Of a stretch of DNA of 64,000 bases, positions 47,873-57,980 are shown one piece after another. How positions within the stretch are numbered: position 1 is the stretch's first letter; each line of letters begins with the position of its first letter. The DNA comes from Spirochaetia bacterium (GTDB taxonomy: Bacteria; Spirochaetota; Spirochaetia; UBA9216), in contig CAXXYH010000004.1 in the NCBI GenBank assembly GCA_963677925.2, positions 416,001-480,000 on the forward strand, given 5' to 3'. Under the pieces are notes generated by a model, which saw only the letters and a program-made list of their open reading frames with translations, had not been told where the DNA came from and ran no database searches. The translations under genes and the position numbers were made by a program.

Positions 47873-48901
47873 ATGAAAAAAAATCTGAATATTCTAATTA
47901 TTCTTTTAATTATGTCTGCTTCTGTTTTTGCGGAAGATATCAGCGTGCTTACGGTAAATGCCTGGCCCGGCCTTGATTACCGTGGGCTGATCTTTTCAGG
48001 TGAATACGAAACCGATGAAGTGCGGAACTTCAGAACTGAAATTCTTGAGAAAGAGTTTAGAGATCTCAATCCTGATATTGCAGTAATTACAGGTGCCAAT
48101 CCAGTTTCCGATTTCGCCGAACTTCTCTCGGAACCCCTTGGGATGTCTGCAGGCTACCGTATCTCGCGGAGCGGTTTCAGGATCGGCCCTGTCGGACTTC
48201 CGCTTAACCTTAAAGAAGGCGGTATAATTCTGGTTGATAATGAATATCCCAGTGAGGATATAGACTATAAAAACCTGAATCGTGGACTTTCATTTAAGAA
48301 CTTTTCTGCTTTCTCAAAGAATATGCATCAGATTTACTGCCGAAAGGCTGTCATTGATAATACAACCGTTTTTATATTTGCTGTAGAATGGAGAGAATCT
48401 ATCTTTGCAGATCGTGAAACACTTTCAATGCTGATGAATAACTACCTGTCAGGAGAACTTGAAGCCGAAGCTTATGCTGACCGTATCGATGACGCAGTTA
48501 AAGGCTCTGAAACAAGACTTAAGCAGGCGGAAGAAAGCCTGGCATTTATTAATAATATTGCAGGGGAGAATCCTGTAATCCTTATGGGCAGCCTTAACGG
48601 CCTTCCAGGAAGTCCTGAAATAAATCTGCTGAAAGACGCCGGGTTTACAGATGTCTTTGAATCTGTCGGCCGGGGAAAAGGCAATACTCTGGACAGTGAA
48701 CGAAACCCGAATATTGAAAAAGCCGGGGAAGATGCTGTACAGGGGGCATACAGAACCGACTATATCATGATCAGGGGAGACCGGCTCAAGGCGGTTTCTG
48801 CAAAGCTTGTATTTAACGAGGCTGTTTACGGTGTTTTTCCTTCGAACCGTTTTGGTGTGCAGGCAACCGTCAGATTGACAGCCGCCCCTTCTTCTCGATG
48901 A
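47873..48901 (+). CDS. Exported endonuclease/exonuclease/phosphatase-fold protein, catalytic residues degenerate
   Basis: Signal peptide VFA|E; LTVN, PDI, ILMGSLN, GFTD, RTDYI, PSNRFGV. Confidence 0.78.
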   Translation: MKKNLNILIILLIMSASVFAEDISVLTVNAWPGLDYRGLIFSGEYETDEVRNFRTEILEKEFRDLNPDIAVITGANPVSDFAELLSEPLGMSAGYRISRSGFRIGPVGLPLNLKEGGIILVDNEYPSEDIDYKNLNRGLSFKNFSAFSKNMHQIYCRKAVIDNTTVFIFAVEWRESIFADRETLSMLMNNYLSGELEAEAYADRIDDAVKGSETRLKQAEESLAFINNIAGENPVILMGSLNGLPGSPEINLLKDAGFTDVFESVGRGKGNTLDSERNPNIEKAGEDAVQGAYRTDYIMIRGDRLKAVSAKLVFNEAVYGVFPSNRFGVQATVRLTAAPSSR

Positions 48902-49847
48902 GACAGTAGATATACATCTGGGCGGTAATTTCTTTCTGTTCCTGCCGTGTCGTCCTGAGTTTAATATCGTATTCGGCAGTCAGTGAAATTATTCTTTCAA
49001 TATCGCTTCTTTTATAGTGTTTCAGGGCTTCCGAGTAGGTTGCCTGGGCTTTCTTTCCTTTTATACCTGATTTAAAGCATGCGCTCTGAAAGCTTTCACC
49101 CATTTCCATTTCACGGGCCAGTCTGAGAAGGTTTCTCAGCTGCCAGAGAAGGCCGCTGAGCAGCTGTACCGTATTGCTGTCGCTGCCAAGCATGATCTTC
49201 TGCAGAATGTCCACAGAGCCGGGAAAATCGGCAGCTGCAATCCTGTTAAAGAGTGAGAAAACATTTTCCTCTTTTCCGTGGTAGAAGAAGGTCTCAATCT
49301 CATCCCTGCTTATAAATGCGCCTTCACCGAAAAACAATGCAAGTTTCTCACATTCTCTTTTCATATCAGCAGTGTTGTTTTCAATGAGATTCAGAAGCAG
49401 TTCTACTGCATCAGTATCTATGGAAATTCTGCGGTTCTTAAAAAAGCCTGAAAGCCAGCCTTTTTTCTGGTTGTCAAAAAGTTCCCAGAATATCTTTGAG
49501 TTCTTTTTCGGGATGTGTTTTCCCAGACCGTTTTTAAGCGATGTTTCATCGGTCAGAAAGACTATTACCGTATCAGGAGCGGGTTTTTTAAGATAAGCTC
49601 CAAACTCATCAGCTTCTGTTTTTTTCAGCAGTTCAGCCTGCCCGATTATGAAAATTCTGGCGGCGGCAAATAGAGATCCATTCTTTATCTGCGAAAGAAT
49701 CTCCTGTACTGATGTTTCAAATGGATAGAAACGGTGTGTTTCAGGGGCTTCTCCGTTTTTATCGGCAAGTCCGGTCTTTATCTGATTGAGAAATATCTGC
49801 TTTTCTCCTTCTTCGGGCCCGGCCAGGAGCCAGCAGTGATCAGTCAT
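48870..49847 (-). CDS. holA: DNA polymerase III delta subunit
   Basis: LLAGPEEGEK, SLF, ECEKL, NVFSL; follows lexA; start ATG 49847 or TTG 49859. Confidence 0.88.
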   Translation of the reverse strand: MTDHCWLLAGPEEGEKQIFLNQIKTGLADKNGEAPETHRFYPFETSVQEILSQIKNGSLFAAARIFIIGQAELLKKTEADEFGAYLKKPAPDTVIVFLTDETSLKNGLGKHIPKKNSKIFWELFDNQKKGWLSGFFKNRRISIDTDAVELLLNLIENNTADMKRECEKLALFFGEGAFISRDEIETFFYHGKEENVFSLFNRIAAADFPGSVDILQKIMLGSDSNTVQLLSGLLWQLRNLLRLAREMEMGESFQSACFKSGIKGKKAQATYSEALKHYKRSDIERIISLTAEYDIKLRTTRQEQKEITAQMYIYCLIEKKGRLSI

Positions 49848-50448
49848 AGTCCCTGACAATGCATTTTAGTTTTCCAAGAACTTTTACGTTCTGAGTATAT
49901 ATTGGAGGATAAACCGGGTTTTCGGCCTTCAGCTTGACCCTGTTTTTTTCCTTGAAGAATCTTTTTAGTGTATAGGCTTCGTCATTAACCATGGCTACGA
50001 CAATATCTCCATTTTCAGCGGTCTGTCTGTGCGTAAAGATAGCAATATCCCCGTCAAGGATACCGGCCTCCTGCATACTGTCTCCGCTGACGTGAAGTGC
50101 GAAAAATTTACCGCCTGAAAATCTTGCTGCCGGCATATTAAGCATGCCTTCATAGTTTTCCTCTGCAAAAAGAGGCAGACCCGCAGCAACCTTTCCAAGT
50201 ATTGGAATGTTTACTGTTTCAGGCTTGTTTTCATTTTCGTTATCGATAATCTCAATTGTTCTTGAGCGGTTTCCGTCACATCGAATCCGGCCCTTTTTCT
50301 CCAGAGCCTTTATATGATCGTACGCGCCTTTTACTGATATATTAAATGAGGCCGCCATCTCGCGAATAGTCGGCGGATAGCTGTGCTTATCTATATAGTA
50401 TTTGATAAAATTGAGTGTCTCTTCCTGTCTTTTTGTCAGTCCCTTCAT
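49840..50448 (-). CDS. lexA: LexA repressor
   Basis: LTKRQ, YPPTIRE, VAAG cleavage site, GDSM Ser, TLKR Lys. Confidence 0.95.
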   Translation of the reverse strand: MKGLTKRQEETLNFIKYYIDKHSYPPTIREMAASFNISVKGAYDHIKALEKKGRIRCDGNRSRTIEIIDNENENKPETVNIPILGKVAAGLPLFAEENYEGMLNMPAARFSGGKFFALHVSGDSMQEAGILDGDIAIFTHRQTAENGDIVVAMVNDEAYTLKRFFKEKNRVKLKAENPVYPPIYTQNVKVLGKLKCIVRDYD

Positions 50449-51821
50449 TTTAATATCTCAATTCCGAATTTCTTGATTTTACCATGCAGGTTGCTTGGAT
50501 ATATTCCCAGTTTCTGAGCAGTCTTTGCTACATTATAATCATTTTCTTCAAGTTTTTGAAGTATGAACATCCGCTCAAACTCATCTCTTGCCTCGGAAAG
50601 TTTCATCATTCCGAACTTTTCCATCACAGGATTAGATTCTTTCTTCTCTTCGGCTCCGGGATACAGAAATTCCTTCGCAGATTTCTCAGAAATTACAGCT
50701 TCTCCTGTCATGATTGTAACACGCTCTACGAAGTTCTTCAGTTCGCGTACATTCCCGGGCCAGGAATAATCCATAATAATTTCCATTGCTTCATTTGAAA
50801 ACAAGCGTGGAGCGGTATTCTGAATTCCAGCCTGAAGTTTTACAAAATGTTCCACAAGAAGCGGAATATCTTCTTTTCGATCTTTAAGTGCCGGAACAAA
50901 TATCGGCACAACATTGAGCCGGAAAAAAAGGTCTTCTCTGAAATTACCTGAAGCAATCTCTTCGCGGATATCCTTGTTGGTAGCTGCTATTATCCGTACA
51001 TCAACTGTAATGGTTTTTTCACTGCCGACACGTTCAAAGCGCATTTCCTGAATGGCTCGCAGAACCTTCGCCTGTGCGTTCAGCGACATATCAGCTACCT
51101 CGTCCAGAAACAGAGTTCCGCCGTCAGCCATTTCAAATTTTCCCTTACGGTTCTCAACGGCACCCGTGAATGAGCCTTTCTCATGTCCGAAAAGTTCACT
51201 TTCGATAAGAGTATCGGGTATGGCTGCGCAGTTTACCTCAATAAAAGGCTGTTCATTTCTCATCGACCCCTGATGTATTCCGTGAGCGACCAGTTCCTTT
51301 CCGGTTCCGTTGTCTCCGGTAATCAGGACCTTTGCGTCTGATTTAGCACTCTGTTCGATGGTTTTTCGTATGGCCTGGACTGCAGGGCTTTCTCCGATAA
51401 TTTCACTCAAATTATCGGATGGTGTTTTTGCCTTGAGTTTCTTATTTTCGGTTTTAAGCGAGTTCATAGCGACCGCATTTCTGGCCAGGGTTATCAGTTT
51501 GTCGAGTGAAAGAGGCTTTTCAAGAAAATCAAAGGCGCCCAGTTTGACTGCCTTGACCGCAAGATCAATATTGGCATGTCCGGATATGATTATAACCTCA
51601 ATCTCGGGATATTCTGTTTTGATTTTCTTAAGAACATCTATACCGCCCATGTTAGGCAGCCAGACGTCAAGGATAACAAGATGGATAGGCTGGCTTGATA
51701 ATATATTCAGGCCCTCAATACCGTCACCTGCATCATATACAGTGTACTTTTCATCTTCAAAAATATCCCGGAGAACCGTCCTGATTCCATTTTCATCATC
51801 GATGACAAGAATATTTGCCAA
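50445..51821 (-). CDS. sigma54-dependent response regulator (NtrX/NtrC-like)
   Basis: Receiver domain, [37 protein letters not shown], Fis HTH. Confidence 0.93.
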   Translation of the reverse strand: MANILVIDDENGIRTVLRDIFEDEKYTVYDAGDGIEGLNILSSQPIHLVILDVWLPNMGGIDVLKKIKTEYPEIEVIIISGHANIDLAVKAVKLGAFDFLEKPLSLDKLITLARNAVAMNSLKTENKKLKAKTPSDNLSEIIGESPAVQAIRKTIEQSAKSDAKVLITGDNGTGKELVAHGIHQGSMRNEQPFIEVNCAAIPDTLIESELFGHEKGSFTGAVENRKGKFEMADGGTLFLDEVADMSLNAQAKVLRAIQEMRFERVGSEKTITVDVRIIAATNKDIREEIASGNFREDLFFRLNVVPIFVPALKDRKEDIPLLVEHFVKLQAGIQNTAPRLFSNEAMEIIMDYSWPGNVRELKNFVERVTIMTGEAVISEKSAKEFLYPGAEEKKESNPVMEKFGMMKLSEARDEFERMFILQKLEENDYNVAKTAQKLGIYPSNLHGKIKKFGIEILK

Positions 51822-51825
51822 AATT

Positions 51826-53589
51826 TTACTCCACTGGAAGGTCTATAAAAAATGTAGTGCCATGACCCTTTTCTGTTTCAAACCAGATTTGTCCACGGTG
51901 ATCGAAGATAATACGTTCAACAATAGGCAGACCAAGCCCGGATCCTTCTCTTTTGGTTGTGAAGTAAGGATTAAAAACCTGTGAATAATCCTCAACATCA
52001 ATGCCGGAGCCTGAATCCTGAACCCTGATTCTACAGTAACTTGAATCACCCTTTCTGACAAGGTCGGTTTGGACATTAATTCGGCCTTCATTCCCCTCAA
52101 TTGCCTCACAGGCATTTTTAATCAGGTTGAGAAAAACACTTTTTAGAAGATCCGCATCAGCCGGAAGGTTTATGGAATCATCAATTCCCTCAATATTGAA
52201 AATTATGCCCGGGTAGGAGCTTTTATACAATTCTGCGGATTCCTTTATAACAGCCGCTATCTGAATAGTCTGGAACACAGGAGCGGGAAGCCTTGAAAAA
52301 TCTCTGAACTCCTTCAAAAGATTATCAAGGTAGTTAACCTCTGTGATTATTGCGACTATGGAAGGTTCAATTACATTGATCAGGTTATCCGGATCAGTAT
52401 GATATTTTTTAAGAATCCGTTCGGCACTCAGTTTTATCGGAGTAAGCGGATTTCTCAGTTCATGTGCAAGCTGTCTGGCGATATCCTGCCAGGCTGTGAT
52501 TTTTTCAGTCTGAAGAATTTTCTTTCTTGAGTTTTCAAGCTCTCCGATCATCATATTAAATGAACGGATTAGATTTGATAGCTCGTCGCCGCTTCTTGTA
52601 AGAATACGGAAGGAGTAATCTCCCTCTGTGACTTTTCGTGTTGCGCCTTCAAGGCTGACTATAGGACGGATAACTTCTTCACTCAGCAGAAATGAAATCA
52701 GAAGGGAAATCAGTATAAGCGGGATTGTAAAAAAGATATAAAAAATCATCAGCAGCAGTGAGAAGTCCTGCTGATTTTTCTGGTAATTTAGAAACACCTC
52801 GCGTGCGTCTGTTAGAGCCCTGGCTGTTTCATCCAGGCTTTCTGGCAGGGCAATACTGATGATCACGGCAAACTGCCTGCCGGCACTGATAAACTGCTGC
52901 TGGTAGCGTATAAGGCTCAGGTTTTCAAGATCTTCACGGGGCAGCATACCGCTGAAACCGGCAGGTCTTGTTTCAGCGTCTATCAGTGCTGCTTCGAGTC
53001 CTCCGCTGAAAACTTCATCACCATTCTCATCAAAAATCTGTACCGCATCTATACCCGGATTAGCATTGTTAATATTATACCAGGTACGTTTCGGTGAACG
53101 AACGAAATCCGAAAGCATATCATTGAGGATTGGACTCTCCGCAAAATTCTCAAGATTTTCAAGCTGATCATTATAGTATGTAAGAGCAAGGTTAAGGCCG
53201 CCGCTTATGGCTTTCCCTATTTCCGGTGAAAACCAGGTGTTAATAGATGTGTTTACAAATTTCATCGATACGATACTCTGCGGAATTGAAGACATAAGTA
53301 CGATCAGCGAGAAAAACAGCATCAAATGGGTTTTAAGTTTTGAACCCGGAACGTTTTTCTTTCGGTCAAGAAGGAGCCTTCTGGTATTATAGATTACTGC
53401 AGCCAGCAGAAAACCGGGAAGGATTACGGCTGCAGGTATTATGATCAGGTTTGATACACCCCGGTCAGACGGCATATCAAGAAGGATCTGGCCAATGAGA
53501 ATGATTATAAGTACTATGAGTGTTAGATAAATGAGTACTACCGCGGCCAGGCCGGTGCCTGATGGGCTTCGTCTTTTTTCATTCAGCAT
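51826..53589 (-). CDS. NtrY-like sensor histidine kinase
   Basis: TM segments, HAMP, AWQDIARQLAHELRNPLTP, NLIKNA, DSGSG, PYFTTK, GLGL. Confidence 0.92.
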   Translation of the reverse strand: MLNEKRRSPSGTGLAAVVLIYLTLIVLIIILIGQILLDMPSDRGVSNLIIIPAAVILPGFLLAAVIYNTRRLLLDRKKNVPGSKLKTHLMLFFSLIVLMSSIPQSIVSMKFVNTSINTWFSPEIGKAISGGLNLALTYYNDQLENLENFAESPILNDMLSDFVRSPKRTWYNINNANPGIDAVQIFDENGDEVFSGGLEAALIDAETRPAGFSGMLPREDLENLSLIRYQQQFISAGRQFAVIISIALPESLDETARALTDAREVFLNYQKNQQDFSLLLMIFYIFFTIPLILISLLISFLLSEEVIRPIVSLEGATRKVTEGDYSFRILTRSGDELSNLIRSFNMMIGELENSRKKILQTEKITAWQDIARQLAHELRNPLTPIKLSAERILKKYHTDPDNLINVIEPSIVAIITEVNYLDNLLKEFRDFSRLPAPVFQTIQIAAVIKESAELYKSSYPGIIFNIEGIDDSINLPADADLLKSVFLNLIKNACEAIEGNEGRINVQTDLVRKGDSSYCRIRVQDSGSGIDVEDYSQVFNPYFTTKREGSGLGLPIVERIIFDHRGQIWFETEKGHGTTFFIDLPVE

Positions 53590-54109
53590 TTACGGAAACC
53601 CAGTCGGTTCGTGATTTTTCTGAAAACAGAAAGGGATCAAGCATTGCGAGCGGCGAGGGCCGTTTAAGAACATCAACAGCAGCCATGCATTCCACCTTAA
53701 TCTGGTTTTCATCACCGCATGATAAGGGGAGAGCAACTCTGCATGAGAAAAATTTCTGTATAAATTCAGACGTTGTACTGCAGAAACTGATATCTCCGTC
53801 TCTATTAATCATATAATTACCTGAAAGCGGATCGAGCCGTCCATGGACGGTGGTTCTTATTTGTTCAGACTTATTGAAAAGAGACGAGAGAAAACTCATG
53901 TTTTCCTGATGATACCGAACTGAATAAATAATTTCTGCTCTGAAACCTTCGTTAATATTTTTTAAAATCACTTTTTCTTCTGTTGTCTGCAGGCTGATAT
54001 CGACGTAACAGCCTGTATTCATTTTAATTAAACTGCTGTTTATACTATCACAGTAAATAAAACCTGCGGATAATATAAATAATACGGCAGGAAGGAGTTT
54101 TCGGTGCGT
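53579..54109 (-). CDS. Exported hypothetical protein (DUF4390-like position upstream of ntrY); probable ACG start
   Basis: Frame open 29 codons upstream of ATG 54022, encoding a signal peptide; GAGGAGGAG SD 5 nt before ACG. Confidence 0.62.
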   Translation of the reverse strand, partial: THRKLLPAVLFILSAGFIYCDSINSSLIKMNTGCYVDISLQTTEEKVILKNINEGFRAEIIYSVRYHQENMSFLSSLFNKSEQIRTTVHGRLDPLSGNYMINRDGDISFCSTTSEFIQKFFSCRVALPLSCGDENQIKVECMAAVDVLKRPSPLAMLDPFLFSEKSRTDWVSVNAE

Positions 54110-54111
54110 TC

Positions 54112-54378
54112 TTACTCCTCCTCAAACCTGTTTTCAAAAAGTTTTACTATGGCGTCAAGCGCTTCCTGCTCATCAGAGCCTTCCGTTATAACCTTGATGA
54201 CCGAATTATATCCGGCTCCCAGTGTGATAATTCCCATAATAGATTTGGCATTTATATTGTTATTTTCCTTCTCGAGAAATATCTGACTGTCAAATTCATT
54301 TGCTTTCTGTACTATCAGAGCAGCCGGTCTGGCATGAATTCCCGCCCTGTTTTTGATTGTGACTTCCTGTGTAAGCAT
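54112..54378 (-). CDS. ptsH: Phosphocarrier protein HPr
   Basis: GIHARPA (His15), NAKSIMG (Ser46). Confidence 0.95.
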   Translation of the reverse strand: MLTQEVTIKNRAGIHARPAALIVQKANEFDSQIFLEKENNNINAKSIMGIITLGAGYNSVIKVITEGSDEQEALDAIVKLFENRFEEE

Positions 54379-54398
54379 TCTTAACCTCTGTGTTTATT

Positions 54399-55388
54399 TT
54401 AAAGAAGATCGTTCCTGTCGTAGTATGCTGCTCTTGCGTTCTGGCCTTCAAGTCTTTTAAGAACATTCTGGTTGAACTCTTTTGCTGAATAATAGCCCAG
54501 TTTTTTAAGCCTTTCATTCATGGCAGCAGTTTCTATAATAATAGGTATATTTCTACCCGGTCTGACCGGAACCGTAATAACCGGAATCCCTACCCCAAGG
54601 TATTCGATTTCGGTTGTATTTGCACCTAAACGGTCATAAACTTTATTTGAATCCCATTCTTCAAGTTCAACTACAAGCTGTACCTGTTTGCTGTCTCTTA
54701 TAGCACCGACTCCGAAAAGATGGCTGATATTTAAAATACCGAGCCCTCTGATTTCCATGTGATGACCGGCGATATCGTTTACACCTTTGCCGAGGATAAA
54801 ATTGCCGTTTACGCAGCTCAGCTCTACGGCGTCATCGGCAATAAGCCGGTGTCCGCGCTCTATAAGCTCTAGCGCTATCTCACTTTTACCAATTCCGCTT
54901 TCACCCTTTATAAGTACTCCGATTCCGAAAACTTCAACAAGTGTTGCATGAATAACCTGCTTTTCTGCAAAAACAGACATCAGGATTCTGAGCAGCCGCC
55001 TGGTAAAATCTGAAGATGTCAGATCTGTAATCAGAATTGGAATTCCAGCCTCATCAGCTATATCAAGAAAGGCTTTTTCAGGTGAAAGGCTGTGAGTAAA
55101 GATGCAGCAGGGAATCTTGTAGTTGAAGAACTTCCTGATGTTTTCAAGATCCCCTTCACTGACCATCTTTCTGACATAGGCCGTTTCACCGTTACCGAAT
55201 ATCTGTATTCTGTTGTATTGAAAACCGTCGAAAAATCCTGAAAGGGTCAGTCCCGGACGGTTGATGTCCTGCTCTCTGATGGGAGAGGCCAGACCGGGAC
55301 GGCCGCAAAGGCATTTCAGGTCGAGATCGCTGTGTTCTTTGAGATCCAGATCCAGAAGATCCAGAACGGTGAAAACGTTTGACGGCAT
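54399..55388 (-). CDS. hprK: HPr kinase/phosphorylase
   Basis: RPGL, GESGIGKSE, RGHRLIADD, EIRGLG, PGRN. Confidence 0.96.
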   Translation of the reverse strand: MPSNVFTVLDLLDLDLKEHSDLDLKCLCGRPGLASPIREQDINRPGLTLSGFFDGFQYNRIQIFGNGETAYVRKMVSEGDLENIRKFFNYKIPCCIFTHSLSPEKAFLDIADEAGIPILITDLTSSDFTRRLLRILMSVFAEKQVIHATLVEVFGIGVLIKGESGIGKSEIALELIERGHRLIADDAVELSCVNGNFILGKGVNDIAGHHMEIRGLGILNISHLFGVGAIRDSKQVQLVVELEEWDSNKVYDRLGANTTEIEYLGVGIPVITVPVRPGRNIPIIIETAAMNERLKKLGYYSAKEFNQNVLKRLEGQNARAAYYDRNDLL

Positions 55389-55391
55389 ATT

Positions 55392-55682
55392 TTAATGATC
55401 CTGTACTCTTTCCTTTTCTTTCGAAACTTTATTATCAAGCTTATTAAAAAGATTGTCTATACCCTTAAAAAGTTCGAAGGTGTTAACCTTCATATGCACC
55501 GAAGTGCCCCATTTAAAATTGACAGTGGCTTCAATATCATACCCATTCTTATCATGGGTCAGAGTGAGCAGAAGATCTATAATGTTTTCTTCAGCATATT
55601 CAAGTCTTTTTAATTTCTTTTCGATGTGCTCCCTTGTGTTATCACTGATATCGTAATGTACACCCTTAATATCTACGTTCAT
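55392..55682 (-). CDS. raiA: Ribosome hibernation factor HPF/RaiA (short form)
   Basis: IKGVHYDIS..HIEKKL, C-terminal KEKER; downstream of rpoN. Confidence 0.88.
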   Translation of the reverse strand: MNVDIKGVHYDISDNTREHIEKKLKRLEYAEENIIDLLLTLTHDKNGYDIEATVNFKWGTSVHMKVNTFELFKGIDNLFNKLDNKVSKEKERVQDH

Positions 55683-55740
55683 AGAAGCCTCCTAAAAAAT
55701 ATTAAAACGGAATTGATTTAAAAAAATTTCAAAACCGCTG

Positions 55741-57120
55741 TTACCTTGTGTATGATGAATCGATCTTCAATTCATTTCTGTATTTTGCTACCGTCCTCCT
55801 TGCTATATTGATTCCCTTCTTCTGAAGCATATCTGAAATCTTCTGATCCGAGAGTTTTTTATCTCCTGTGTAGTTATCAATTATTTCCTTGATTATTTCT
55901 TTTACACCGCCCTTCGAGAACTGTGAGCCCTGTGAGCCGGAGCCTGAAATAGAATTGGAAAAAAAGTATTTCAATGGAAAGATTCCCCATTCTGTCTGAA
56001 TGTATTTAGCATTTGAAATCCTGGAGACGGTAGTTTCGTGAACGGAAACGGTTTCTGCAATATCCCTGAGTGTAAGCGGTGCCAGAAATTTCGGACCTTT
56101 AAGAAAGAAGTTCCGCTGGAAATCAATAATTGCATTAGCAATCTTTACAAGGGTCCGGCTTCGCTGGTTAACACTGCGGATAAACCATTGAGCCTCTGAT
56201 ATATTGGAATTTACAAACTGCTTAACATCCTTGTCGCTTTCATTTTTTTCCTTCATCATCTTTTTGAAAAATGAATTCACGCCGAGGACAGGAATTTCTT
56301 CATCATTGAGTACAATTACAAATTCTCCCTCAACCTGTTTTACCAGCAGGTCGGGGATAACATAACGGACTGTTGTTGTTGAATATGCCCTTCCGGGAAA
56401 GGGGTTAAAGCGTTTAAGAAAGGTTAACAGTTCATTGACCTCATCTTCACTTATGCCCATTGATTTGCTTATTTCTTTGATTTTTCCCTTTTCAAGCAGT
56501 TCAAGATGTTCAGAGATAAGGGGTTTCAGTTCTTCAGGTGCTTCAGGATCCAGATCTATCTGAACCAGGAGAGATTCCCTGTACCCTGATGTACATGTTC
56601 CGGGAGGATCAAAGCTTCTTATTATTTCAAGTACATGTTCAAGACTGCGGTGCTCATCTGCTGATACAAGCTTGAGGGGATCTTCAACATTAAATCCATT
56701 TTCATCAAGGTTCTGTATTAGAAGCTCGCCTATTTCACGTTCTCTTTCAGACAGTCTCTGTACTCTGAGCTGCCACAGCAGATTATCTGACAGTGATTCA
56801 GGTCTGGTCAGAGTTCCTTCAATAAACTTCTGCTTTGCGTCGGAGGCTTCATTATCCAGATTGCCGGATCTGGTTGAAAATCCGGGATCTGAGGAGTTTT
56901 CAAAATATTCATAAGTTTCAGCGTTCCGGCTTTCGGTATCTTCGAGAGAGACGGTCTGTTTTTCTGAGATAACTTCAAGAGCAGGGTTTTTTTCAAGTTC
57001 TTCCTGAATGCGGGCATTCAGTTCCTGTATCGGCATGGCCATCAGCTGTATCGACTGGTACATCTGAGGGCTTAATTTTAAGCGCTGTTCCTGAATTATT
57101 ACAGGTTTCTGATATTGCAA
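55741..57120 (-). CDS. rpoN: RNA polymerase sigma-54 factor
   Basis: Q-rich N-terminus, NPAL, HETTVSR, RpoN box ARRTVAKYR; TTG start with GGAGG. Confidence 0.97.
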   Translation of the reverse strand: MQYQKPVIIQEQRLKLSPQMYQSIQLMAMPIQELNARIQEELEKNPALEVISEKQTVSLEDTESRNAETYEYFENSSDPGFSTRSGNLDNEASDAKQKFIEGTLTRPESLSDNLLWQLRVQRLSEREREIGELLIQNLDENGFNVEDPLKLVSADEHRSLEHVLEIIRSFDPPGTCTSGYRESLLVQIDLDPEAPEELKPLISEHLELLEKGKIKEISKSMGISEDEVNELLTFLKRFNPFPGRAYSTTTVRYVIPDLLVKQVEGEFVIVLNDEEIPVLGVNSFFKKMMKEKNESDKDVKQFVNSNISEAQWFIRSVNQRSRTLVKIANAIIDFQRNFFLKGPKFLAPLTLRDIAETVSVHETTVSRISNAKYIQTEWGIFPLKYFFSNSISGSGSQGSQFSKGGVKEIIKEIIDNYTGDKKLSDQKISDMLQKKGINIARRTVAKYRNELKIDSSYTR

Positions 57121-57162
57121 CCTGACCTCCGGTGTTTTAAAAGCAAAAGTAAACCTAATATA

Positions 57163-57191
57163 AATATGGTTTAGCGGGACTGATTTGTCAA
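57163..57191 (-). promoter_or_regulatory. Internal promoter for rpoN
   Basis: TTGACA-17-CATATT. Confidence 0.6.
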
Positions 57192-57221
57192 GAAACTAAT
57201 GAAGCAACCTAATGCAGTTTC

Positions 57222-57980
57222 CTACATCCTGAAATCTTCACCGAGATAGATTTTCCGGGCTGTTTCATCTGCAAGGAGCTTGTCTCTGGAGCCGGAAACC
57301 ATTATCTCACCAAGATTTATGATATATGCACGGTCTGTGATCTCAAGAGTATCACGGACATTATGATCTGTAATTAGGATGCCAATTCCCATTTCCGAGA
57401 GGTTTTCGATTATCCGCTTTATCTCATAAACTGCGATTGGGTCGATGCCGGCAAAGGGTTCATCAAGCAGCAGAAAACGTGGCTCAATTGCAAGGGCTCT
57501 GGCAATTTCTGTACGTCGTCGTTCGCCTCCGGAGAGTGTAAAGGCTTTCTGCTTCCGTATATGAGTAATTCCCAGCTGTTCAATCAGGTAATCAAGGTGT
57601 TCTTTTTTCTGTACCTTTGAAAGGTCTTTCCTGGTCTCAAGTATGGCCCAGATATTCTGTTCAACAGAGAGTTTCCTGAAAACAGAAGCCTCCTGCGGAA
57701 GATATGAAATGCCGGCTCTGGCCCTCTTATACATCGGAGCGTGGGTGATGTCATGCTGATCAAGCTGAATCTTTCCGGCTGTAGCCCGTATAAAACCTAC
57801 TATCATATAAAACACAGTGGTTTTTCCGGCACCGTTGGGTCCGAGAAGTCCGACTATCTCTCCGTCTTTCATTGAAAAACTTACATCGAGTACCGCAGTC
57901 TTTTTTCCAAAGGTCTTTTTAAGGCCTTCGACTTCAAGAGTAGATTTATTCTTTTTCAGAGGTGATTGATCCGCTGACAT
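57222..57980 (-). CDS. lptB: LPS export ABC ATPase
   Basis: [40 protein letters not shown]. Confidence 0.95.
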   Translation of the reverse strand: MSADQSPLKKNKSTLEVEGLKKTFGKKTAVLDVSFSMKDGEIVGLLGPNGAGKTTVFYMIVGFIRATAGKIQLDQHDITHAPMYKRARAGISYLPQEASVFRKLSVEQNIWAILETRKDLSKVQKKEHLDYLIEQLGITHIRKQKAFTLSGGERRRTEIARALAIEPRFLLLDEPFAGIDPIAVYEIKRIIENLSEMGIGILITDHNVRDTLEITDRAYIINLGEIMVSGSRDKLLADETARKIYLGEDFRM

